Shown here in pieces: positions 29,754 through 39,321 of a stretch of 64,000 bases of DNA. Both the position numbers and the translations under genes were made by a program. The stretch's first letter is position 1. Each line of letters starts with the position of its first letter. Source of the DNA: a virus (lineage: Duplodnaviria; Caudoviricetes); the IMG/VR virus record IMGVR_UViG_3300031867_000008, positions 64,001 through 128,000 of that record. One strand, written 5' to 3'. The notes below the pieces were generated by a model. The model searched no databases. It saw nothing but the letters and a program-made list of their open reading frames with translations, and had not been told where the DNA came from.

Positions 29754-30189
29754 TATTACTTCCTTTCTCAATTCCTATTGCGTTTTCTTTCTCCCAATCC
29801 CATTTATCTTCATTCCATCCAGAACGTTGTCTTAACCCTAAAGCTGTAAGGTTGATTACATTATCACTCATACGATAATCGTCATAATAGGTGTCCACCA
29901 AAACTTTTGCATTTCCTTTGAACTTCGTTACAACACATTCTTCAAAAGAAGCCCGATAGCCACGAGAATTTCTGCCAGAGAAAAGGATCGTGTCACCAAC
30001 GCTTATTTCATTACCGAGATAATCTTTCATCATCAACCATCCCCTTTATGATAAAACCTCGATTTTATAGGTGTTTATTGTCCATTTTTATGGACAATAA
30101 AGCTAAATTTTAGCAATTTTTAAAATATTCGCTAAATAACTGTACAATTATTTGTACTATAAATCATTTAACCATCAACTATTTTTGGC

Positions 30190-32513
30190 TCACGCCCCCC
30201 CTTGCATTGTGCTAAGAGTAGGAGCAAGATAGTCTTTATCATACACCCTACGGATTTGTTCTTTACCTTTAATATCAAGCATACCCATTACAACAATTTT
30301 TGATTCGGTGTTACCACCACAGCCAATACCATGCAGAGTAGGAGAAATACCTTCTTGTGAATAAACTCTATGTCTTGATTCAATCCATTCAGGTTTGTCA
30401 AGGCTTCCCATTGTTTCAATTTCATTTGCGTGAACACTATTATTTTTAGTATTCACGCTTGCTGAAAATTTTCGTCAGAACACTTGTAATTAGGATTATA
30501 CTGACTGCGATATAAGTGTTCAAATATTAACTCAACACAGTTACTCACGAGCGAATTTCCTGCTTGTTTGTACATCTGTGTATCTGACATTCCTATGTTT
30601 TTCACTTTCTGAATATCTTCATCTGAAACACTCATAAGTCTTAAACATTCTGTTGGCGTAAGTTTTCTAATTCTAAATTTCTTCTTATCAATACTCATTG
30701 GCTTATTGCCCCCCCCCCGTTGCGGTTACTAAAGTTGGTGCTATATTCTGTGGATCATATACAGCTCCATGTCCAGCTTTAAAGGCGTTTTCACATTGAC
30801 TGTCATATATTGTTCCAAGAACATTAGGTTTACTTCTGTTAGTCATTGTTATCCTTAACCCTCTCAATTCTATACAAACAACAATTACCACTTGCCATTA
30901 TGGTAGGACAAATCCCCCCCCACTTCCATATCACACAGAACGATTATTTTAGGTTGATTTTTATAATAAGTACTTAATACAGTCGCTGATACTCCAAGCG
31001 CAGACAACACTTCTGAGTGTTGATGAATTTTATTAGAATCAGGAATCAATCTGCCTATCAACATGGGTTTATGAGTTTCGCTTTTCTGTTTTAGATTCAA
31101 TAGTTATCACTCCTGTCATTGATTGATTTCCAAAACCACGCCAATCTCTTGCTTCTAAAGTAGCTGCATAATCAAGTTTCTTATTAAACTGGGTTGCATA
31201 ATTACTTAGTAACACACCCTGATTAGTTGTTGAACTCAACAACACCGGTGCCGTCTCGTCTAAAATTTGAAATTCCTGCATCATATCTTGCCTTGATGCA
31301 GTTTGCTCGGTCAATTGCTCTTGGTTCGTTAAGTGTGAGGTCGATTGTAATTGCTCTCTCTCTCTCTCAATCAAAAGATTATCTTTTTGAACAGTAGAAA
31401 TTGTATTTGTCATACCATCATTTCTCGGAACAGCCTCACGATAATCATTAAAGCCATGCTTTATCTTGCCGCTTTCATAGTCTTTTCTTAGCGACTTACC
31501 CTGTTCGGTGCGCTGCATTTTAAACACATACTATCCTTTTGAACAGTAGTCAATGCGTTTGCGACACTTTCGGTTCTTACTTCAATATTCTGCTCAGTAG
31601 AATTATCATCGGTATATCTACCTCTCGAAACTACAGGGTAATCTTCCTCTGATAAAGTTCCGTTAGCAACAAGTTCATCAATTAACTTGTCAGCTTTTTC
31701 GTTATTTATGTAATACTTTTCATCTACTACATCATCAAGAACATCTTTGAGTCTAAGACCATTATCGAAAGGCTTTGGGAAGGTCATTTTGCCTGTGTCT
31801 ATATCCTTGCGAATTGCTATTCCAAATACTCTTTCGCGATTTTGAGGAACGCCGCAGTTCTTAGCATTGAGAACTTCGTAATAGGTATTATAATCAAGCT
31901 CATTAAGCACCTCTATTAGTTTCTGAAAATCAGGCATAAATTTCTTTGAAATTAAGTTTTTGACATTTTCAAAAAATAAATACTTCGGAGCTTTATTATC
32001 GGTAACAGCTTTTCTTAACAATCGAACTTGTTGCCACAACAATGACGATCTTGTTCCGCTACCCTCTGATAAGCCCTTCATTGCTCCCGCGACAGAAATA
32101 TCCGTGCATGGCCACGAAACTGTCCATAAATCAGCATAAGGTAATTCCTCAATACTGCTTATGTCTCCAAGATTGTTGGATAACTTCATAGCAAGCCAAT
32201 ACTTTTCAAGTTCCTTACTTTTACTTTTTGTTTTCTTGTTCCAATCGTAAGGCTTGTTCTTCTTGAAATCAAATCCTATATTTCTATCTAATAGGTCTTG
32301 CGCCATTTGTTCTCTACTCGGATAATCGGAATAATTCTCGATCATTTCGTTAGTCAAACCGTTATGTATAGCCGCATATGAAACCATTACATCTTTATCA
32401 ATATCAGAAGTACAATTTACTGTTAGGTCAAACAATCCCGTATTCATAATTCCTCGCTCTTGGTTTCCTAACCCTGAGAAAAGAACATTTGCTGACAATT
32501 TAACCTTTTCCAA
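30190..32513 (-). CDS. Split multi-TRD C5-cytosine methyltransferase locus
   Basis: 32513-31488 has FSG, PC, ENV and QNRER (motifs I-VIII); 30698-30453 has RKLTP and KQAGNS (IX-X); TRD-like modules lie between and after these. Confidence 0.88.
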
Positions 32514-32516
32514 CTT

Positions 32517-33362
32517 TTAATCAATCCTTTCAATACTTACAACATTGCCACCTATATTGTCAAGTACTCCACAATCTCCCATTGTCCAAGCAGAAGAATC
32601 AAGGCAGTCTGTATCGCATATAAATTCCACCACGTTCAATCTGCCGTCTCCGCAGACATGATACCAACTTTTATAGCCATCATAACTAACAGCATCATAG
32701 CCTTTGGCATCACTCATGATTACAGAATAGCTGTTTCCTTTGTCGGTAGTGACAATAAATCTGTCACCAATTTCGCCATAGTATGTTCCGAGCGCAACGC
32801 AATAGTCATTACCTATTCTTCTGAATCCTTGCCAATCAGTCCACGCAGACTGTTGGAGTTCCCACTGTTTGCTACTCGTATCTGTCAATGTCCGATAGTC
32901 CATAAACCCATAACAATCGGTTTCACCCGATGGAATGGCGAGCGATTCAAAATCATCTTGTCCAGAATCTGATTCAGATTCAGAATCAATTTCCATGGAA
33001 TCGCATATCGTTTCTTCATCAGGAATTATCGTTTCAGGCAAATCAGCTTCATTATTGCTATCATTTGCATTATTTTTATAATATAAATTTGTTAATGTGA
33101 CAGCATTTTCAGAATCTGTTATTGAAGCGTCATCTGTTTTCAAAGGTTTTAAATCTTCAAATTTAACCCTTTCCGATTCAACTAACGAAGATGAATAGTA
33201 TGTAACTGCTTTTTCTTCACTGTCAATAGTATTACTCTGAAAACTTTCACTACTCTTTTCATCATTGGAACTATCAACTTTAGTGGCTACATTTGCTGTT
33301 ATAAGCAACGCTGTTCCAATAATAAATAGTGTTGTATACAATTGATATTCATGTTTAATCAT
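32517..33362 (-). CDS. Secreted/membrane-anchored protein with a 3D-like cell-wall domain
   Basis: Signal/TM helix, acidic linker, YCVALGTYYGEIGDRF. Confidence 0.55.
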   Translation of the reverse strand: MIKHEYQLYTTLFIIGTALLITANVATKVDSSNDEKSSESFQSNTIDSEEKAVTYYSSSLVESERVKFEDLKPLKTDDASITDSENAVTLTNLYYKNNANDSNNEADLPETIIPDEETICDSMEIDSESESDSGQDDFESLAIPSGETDCYGFMDYRTLTDTSSKQWELQQSAWTDWQGFRRIGNDYCVALGTYYGEIGDRFIVTTDKGNSYSVIMSDAKGYDAVSYDGYKSWYHVCGDGRLNVVEFICDTDCLDSSAWTMGDCGVLDNIGGNVVSIERID

Positions 33363-33594
33363 TGTTCACTATCCACTTTCCGAAATCTTCAAGAATATTG
33401 TCAAGTTGACATTCAGGAAATTGAATCTTCACCCCGTCAGACAAGTCAATTAAACTCATCACCGACATTAGTGAGCAGGCTGGAAACTCATAATTTCTTC
33501 CTCTCACAATCAGATCGTCACCATACTTGCTTGCTAAATCCACAAAGTTCTTTATATCTTTGTAAAACTCAATTTTAATTATTCGGCTTATCAT
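33355..33594 (-). CDS. HPr-like protein
   Basis: DIKNFVDLASKY...PACSLMSVMSLID; GGAGG RBS before ATG 33594. Confidence 0.6.
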   Translation of the reverse strand: MISRIIKIEFYKDIKNFVDLASKYGDDLIVRGRNYEFPACSLMSVMSLIDLSDGVKIQFPECQLDNILEDFGKWIVNND

Positions 33595-33959
33595 TTCACA
33601 ATCCTCCCAAAACTCATCATTATCATATGTTTTTCTTGCTTCTTTATAAAATGGAACGTTATCGGAACAGCCGTTATCGCATTCATCGCTCCAATAAATG
33701 TCCATAAAATCTCGATAAAATTCCTGTTTCATTTTTTGTCTCCAAGGTATCTTTAATGTTCTTTGAACCATACTTTTCACCACCTTTATTGATATTTTCA
33801 ACAGTAACTCACGCTATAATCTTTTTAAAATGGTGCAGTAATAACGTAAAGCGTTTGTAAAAGACCAAATTTTACAAACTTTTACAAACGGTATTTCACG
33901 TTATTACTGCACTATTTACACTATATCGCTAAAATTACATCTTTTATCTCTGTAATTAT

Positions 33960-34017
33960 ATTATACACCACAATAAGCATTTTGTCAAGTACTTTTCAAC
34001 AGTCATTGACGATTTTA
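33960..34017 (-). promoter_or_regulatory. Consensus sigma-A promoter with operator-like motif
   Basis: TTGACA (33983-88)-17-TATAAT (33960-65); 35-bp block nearly identical to 52154-52188. Confidence 0.75.
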
Positions 34018-35688
34018 CAATTTGTTAATATTATTAGAAGTAGTTGTCAACGCCATCGGTAAAACAGTACCCAAATAATAATTCTGGTTACTTACAGTTT
34101 TTTCATAGCTCTTTTCACCCTCAAATTCATTGACAATTTTCTGTTCCTCAGAAGTCATATCTTTATAGGTTTTAGTACCATAGTCATTAGGAAGAAAATT
34201 CTTTTTCTTTCCTGCAAAGATATTCCATTTCTTTAACAGTTCTTCATTGGTGAACCACAAATGAATAGTTCCCTTTTTCTTGAACTCAATATCAAAGAAA
34301 GCACAATGTATTTTTTCTCCGTTATAGTTCTTACTGCTCTGATAGCTGCGAATGATCCAATCAACTCTATGCTCTGCTGTAAAGCCACCATTTAAAAATA
34401 TGAGTATCTTTTCTATTTCATCAAGTTTTTCTTCTGCTTTCCACAGATCCCAACTATTACAATACCGAGCATCGAATACACCATAGCAAGGAATAATGAT
34501 TTTCTTATTTAATTTGTAAGCATCATTTGTACACCAACCATTATAATAATGAACGTTACTGCTGTTACTCATGCTGTTTTTATAAGTGAGTTTATCGAAC
34601 TGTTTTAAGATAGCATCTTCCATATTAGTTGACATACGTTTTGAAAGTTCAAGTTGAATTTCTTTAATGTTGCTTAAAGTAAAATCAAATGCTCTGAATT
34701 GTTCTAAGTTTGCTCGAAAATAATCTCTTGTTGCCTGTGTGAGCATAGGAGCAATAGCATCGCTTGAAAACAATATGTTCCAGTATTTAGCTCTAAGTTC
34801 TCTAAGAAATGCGTTGTGTTTTGAATACTTTTCATTATCACTATCACGAGAATTTATGTGTATACCAATCAAAGCGTTGTCACGTTCTCCTTTTGGAATG
34901 ATATTTTCAAACCTATCAAACGTGTCAATTAAACTCAATCCTAAAATACACTCGTCATTGTACTGTTTAAGAACGTTAGCAATTACATCGTTAGTCGCAA
35001 GCTGATAATCGTTGCTCATACTATCATACTTAGGCTTGTATTCTTGCGCTCGATTCATTTTGGTGAACATATCGTAATCATACTCTATTGTAGGAATATC
35101 AATATAAACAAGAGCTATTTCTACATCAGTTTTACGTTCGCTGTCAATGAACTCATCTTGTAAATATTCAATATCAGCGTGATATTCATTTAACTTATTT
35201 ACAAGGTCTTGTCTTATGTTGCTATAAGGATTCCTTAAAGTTTCAGCGTTGAGAATACAAACAATCTGACCGCCAGTTCTGCATAACTCTATTGCTTTGA
35301 GCAAATGCTTATCTCCCTCGATAAAAGGTGGGTTCATAGCAATTAAATCATATCTCGAAAAGGTGTCCCATGTTAAGAAGTCAGCTTGTGTAACATTATA
35401 AGCATTTAGAATTGTTCCACTTATTCTTTCGTCTTTAAGAATAGCTACAAGATTAGGATCGATTTCTACACAGTCAATTGAAACATTCCATTTGGAAGTC
35501 CTGTCATAAAGATCGTACTTTGAACACTTCTCTTTTTCTTCTTTAATAAACGTGTTTTTCAACCCTTTTATTATGTCACCCTTACCAGCAGAAGGTTCAA
35601 GAATTGATTTAACCTTGTGCCATTTTACTTTATTGTACATCTTTTCAACAAGTGATAAAGGTGTAGGATAAAACTGTATTCCAAACAT
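34015..35688 (-). CDS. Adenine methyltransferase fused to DUF4942
   Basis: QFYPTP, LEPSAGKG, MNPPF, FKKKGTIHLWF. Confidence 0.85.
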   Translation of the reverse strand: MFGIQFYPTPLSLVEKMYNKVKWHKVKSILEPSAGKGDIIKGLKNTFIKEEKEKCSKYDLYDRTSKWNVSIDCVEIDPNLVAILKDERISGTILNAYNVTQADFLTWDTFSRYDLIAMNPPFIEGDKHLLKAIELCRTGGQIVCILNAETLRNPYSNIRQDLVNKLNEYHADIEYLQDEFIDSERKTDVEIALVYIDIPTIEYDYDMFTKMNRAQEYKPKYDSMSNDYQLATNDVIANVLKQYNDECILGLSLIDTFDRFENIIPKGERDNALIGIHINSRDSDNEKYSKHNAFLRELRAKYWNILFSSDAIAPMLTQATRDYFRANLEQFRAFDFTLSNIKEIQLELSKRMSTNMEDAILKQFDKLTYKNSMSNSSNVHYYNGWCTNDAYKLNKKIIIPCYGVFDARYCNSWDLWKAEEKLDEIEKILIFLNGGFTAEHRVDWIIRSYQSSKNYNGEKIHCAFFDIEFKKKGTIHLWFTNEELLKKWNIFAGKKKNFLPNDYGTKTYKDMTSEEQKIVNEFEGEKSYEKTVSNQNYYLGTVLPMALTTTSNNINKL

Positions 35689-36383
35689 TTATATTATTCC
35701 TCATTTTCTAATAATTTTAAATATGTTTCTTTATCAATTATTTTGTTATCGAGCGCAAAGTACAACCATAAGTCCCGTACTGTTCTAAATGGAGTTTCAA
35801 CAATGCCATCACCAGTATCGTATTCGCATTTTTCATTATACTCATCACCGAAGTCAAGTTCATAAATGAAGTAATCAAAAGTATCTAATTCGTCATTTAA
35901 TACTTTTTCAGTCATATTTATAAGATAACGAAACATTTTCAACATTGGTTCGGTTTCAAACAAATCAAGTGACTCATTGCTCGCTCCATACACAATATCA
36001 CAAAATTCCATATATTCCTTAATAGCTTTTGTGATCCTTTGAAATTCATCATAAGTAATATTATTTATTTTTTCAGGAAACATTATTATCTTTCAACTCC
36101 TTTACTTATCCTTAATCAGCGACTTAATTAAATCAGAATAGTTTGTGATGCAAAGATTTTCTAACTCATATTCTTCGACCATTAGAAGAACGTCAGAAAG
36201 TATCTTTTTTAATGAGCAAATTTCTTGATTAAGTCGATCAGCAGTCTCCTTTAATCTGTTTATATCTCGAATGGCATCTGCATACTGATTGGTATTTATT
36301 GTGTGCTGTTTAGCAGTATCAAATACAATGCGTTTATAGTTCATAACTACTACCACTTCCCTCTTTTAAAGTCACGTTTTATT

Positions 36384-36914
36384 TCACTTAATTCTAAGCG
36401 ACTCCCCTTGTGGCTGAATAACACCATACTCACTCACAATAGAGCCATCTTCTTTAACCTCTCCATGAGAATTTATAAACTCTCTCAGAGCATCGCCATC
36501 AACTTTATCGGGTTGCTTTATCCTAAACTTCTCAGGAAGATCGGTAATGGGAACAGACAAATCGAGTTTTCTCTTACCACCATTTTTCTGAATGTTAAAT
36601 GTAAATAAATCGGTTGTGATTCTTTTTTTACCAGTTATCTCCATTGTAGTTTTAAGATTGTTCTTTAATGACTTGATTCGATTCTGGAAAGTAGTCTTTC
36701 GCTTCTCCAATCTGTCAAGTTCACTTTCAATACCGATGATTTCATTTTCAAGATTTCTGATAATGCGACCATAACAATCTGCCTTATAATCAATGTCCAT
36801 ACTTTCTTCTGAACTTTCGAGAGTGTCTTGAATCACATCGTCTGGGATCTCCATGTCCTCTAACATATACATGAGTTCGAGATACTTTCCTGTTAATTCA
36901 TATAAACTTGCCAT
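36384..36914 (-). CDS. Siphovirus Gp157-family protein
   Basis: MASLYELTG...FTFNIQKNGG...GESLRIK. Confidence 0.85.
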   Translation of the reverse strand: MASLYELTGKYLELMYMLEDMEIPDDVIQDTLESSEESMDIDYKADCYGRIIRNLENEIIGIESELDRLEKRKTTFQNRIKSLKNNLKTTMEITGKKRITTDLFTFNIQKNGGKRKLDLSVPITDLPEKFRIKQPDKVDGDALREFINSHGEVKEDGSIVSEYGVIQPQGESLRIK

Positions 36915-36934
36915 AATTCATTTTCCTTTCTGTA

Positions 36935-39307
36935 TTACATTTGATTATTAAGCAGAGCAGTAAGAAACGTCTGCTTATTATTAACTTCTTTAGTATGAAT
37001 AGCTTTTCTTACGGCACCAGTCTGACCTACAAGAACGCAATATTTCTGCGCTCTTGTAATAGCTGTATATAACCATTCTGCATTATTCATTATGTACGAG
37101 CTGTTGTCTATTCCAACTATTACAGATTTAAACTGCGAACCTTGTAATTTATGAGTGGTGCAAGCGTAGGCTAATTCAAGATTCTTACAATCATTCTGTG
37201 TAAATACTACCTCTCCAAGACCGATAAAATCTATAATTGTTTCGCCATCGTCTTTTATTTCTTTAACGATTCCAATATTACCATTAAACACTGAAACGCT
37301 TGTATTATCAATAGATTTTACATCATAATTATTTTTAACGTTTATTACTTTATCGTTTCTGCGAATATGATATTCTAATTTCTCACCCTCTGAGGTCTTA
37401 CCCATGTATATAACAATTTCATTACCTTGAACAAACTTAGGATTGTATATCTCTTGAATAGCGTTATTTATACTATAACAAGACAAATCACCTTGAACTC
37501 TCTTAGCTATACAAACCTGAACCTCTGTTATATCATTATCATTCTTTTCTAATTCAGTCTTAAAATGATTGATTATTAAATCCTTTATAAAAAGTTTGTC
37601 TTTTCTTATGTCAAGCTCCATATCCTGTAACTCACCAAGAATTTTGTTACCCTCATAGTCATTGTTGAAAATCTGTTCTTGATGAGCAATGCTCATTGAA
37701 GTCGGTATAATGCCGCTTCTCATAGCTTGTCTATGAGGTTTTGTAAGTTTCACTATCGGAAGAACATCGCTATTGAGAATATCCGCAAACACTTGACAAT
37801 TTCCGATTGGTGTAAGCTGCTGAACATCACCCAAGATTATAACTTTTGCTCCTGTCGGAATAGCTTTTAATAAGGCTAAGAACAAGCTACCATTTATCAT
37901 AGTGGCTTCATCTATTATAACCATATCAGCTTCCAACTTTTCATACTCGTTGTGCATAAATCTGTGAATTTCAGGATTCCAACCTAACGTTTTGTGAATA
38001 GTTGCGGCAGGAAGTCCTGTCACTTCTGAAATACGAAGTGCAGCTTTACCTGATAACGCACATTGAATGATCGTTACTCCCACACAAAGTTTACTAATTG
38101 CTAAAGCAACACTTGTCTTACCCGTTCCGGCAGAGCCTGTAATACAAACAACGTTATTATTTACCGATTTTTCAATACCTTGCATTTGTTCATCTGTAAA
38201 ATCAAATCCTTGTTGTTCTTCAATTTCTTTTACTTTTTCTTGCCAACCGTCATATGAAAACTTCTTGACAGAATAATCTTTCTTAACAAACGAATTATTA
38301 AAATCACTACCAAAAGGATCATCTTCATCAAAAGAAAAAGGTTCAACATCTTCTTGTTCTACAATTTCAACATTACCAACATGAAGGCGTATGAGTTCTT
38401 CTTTGATTCCCTTTTCTAACATATAATATTTTCTTAGTGCTACATATTCACCATCATCGGTAACTATAATAGACTTTTGATCTATAAGCAACTGCGCCGC
38501 TTTCTGTATGGCTTCGTCTGTAATACCTTCTAAGGTATCATATATTGCTGTCAATATATCTGAGTAAGATACATAACTTCTACCCATTTCGCCCTCATCA
38601 GTAAGAAAATTCACTATAAAACCTTTTGCTCTTTGAGGATCAGTATAACTCATACCGCCCTTAATAGCTATGCTATCGGCAGTTTTAAAACCTATCCCCT
38701 CAACATTTACTAAGTCATAAGGATTGTTTTTTATCACATCGACTATTATATCAGGAGATTTATAGTGTTCTCTTAATTTTCTAAGCATTGTATCTGTTAA
38801 GCCATACTCAGAAAGTTCCATAAACATTGTCGAGTAATCTTTTGAATCCTCATATTCATCTATAATTCTTTGTGCTTTGATTTCCTTTATACCCTTTATT
38901 TTACAAAGCGATTCAATATCATGATTTTCAAGTAAAGGAATAACGTCATCATACACTGAGAAAATACTTTCTACAACGCTTTCACTAAGAAAACCTTTGA
39001 GAAATTTCCTCTGCTTTTTCGGATCACTCAAATCAAGAACCTTATTCATATATTGAATTTGGTATGTATCTCCATACTGCTCATGGTGTTCAGCCAAAAC
39101 ACATTCAACTTTATACTTTTCACCATACTCTAACCGAGGAACATTACCTTTTAGTTTTATCTTTTTCAAAGGACACGATTCAATGTTTTTTATTACAGAC
39201 GCTTGAAAAATGGCAAACGAATTACTTTCCACAACACTTTTATTCTTTGGAAAGAAGATTCTATCCAATAATATCTCACATTTTAATACAATTGGTTCAT
39301 TGCTCAA
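36935..39307 (-). CDS. recD2: RecD2-like SF1 helicase
   Basis: HhH repeats, GSAGTGKT, IIDEA, HKLQGSQF, YTAITRA. Confidence 0.92.
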   Translation of the reverse strand: MSNEPIVLKCEILLDRIFFPKNKSVVESNSFAIFQASVIKNIESCPLKKIKLKGNVPRLEYGEKYKVECVLAEHHEQYGDTYQIQYMNKVLDLSDPKKQRKFLKGFLSESVVESIFSVYDDVIPLLENHDIESLCKIKGIKEIKAQRIIDEYEDSKDYSTMFMELSEYGLTDTMLRKLREHYKSPDIIVDVIKNNPYDLVNVEGIGFKTADSIAIKGGMSYTDPQRAKGFIVNFLTDEGEMGRSYVSYSDILTAIYDTLEGITDEAIQKAAQLLIDQKSIIVTDDGEYVALRKYYMLEKGIKEELIRLHVGNVEIVEQEDVEPFSFDEDDPFGSDFNNSFVKKDYSVKKFSYDGWQEKVKEIEEQQGFDFTDEQMQGIEKSVNNNVVCITGSAGTGKTSVALAISKLCVGVTIIQCALSGKAALRISEVTGLPAATIHKTLGWNPEIHRFMHNEYEKLEADMVIIDEATMINGSLFLALLKAIPTGAKVIILGDVQQLTPIGNCQVFADILNSDVLPIVKLTKPHRQAMRSGIIPTSMSIAHQEQIFNNDYEGNKILGELQDMELDIRKDKLFIKDLIINHFKTELEKNDNDITEVQVCIAKRVQGDLSCYSINNAIQEIYNPKFVQGNEIVIYMGKTSEGEKLEYHIRRNDKVINVKNNYDVKSIDNTSVSVFNGNIGIVKEIKDDGETIIDFIGLGEVVFTQNDCKNLELAYACTTHKLQGSQFKSVIVGIDNSSYIMNNAEWLYTAITRAQKYCVLVGQTGAVRKAIHTKEVNNKQTFLTALLNNQM

Positions 39308-39321
39308 AAATATCCCACCTT

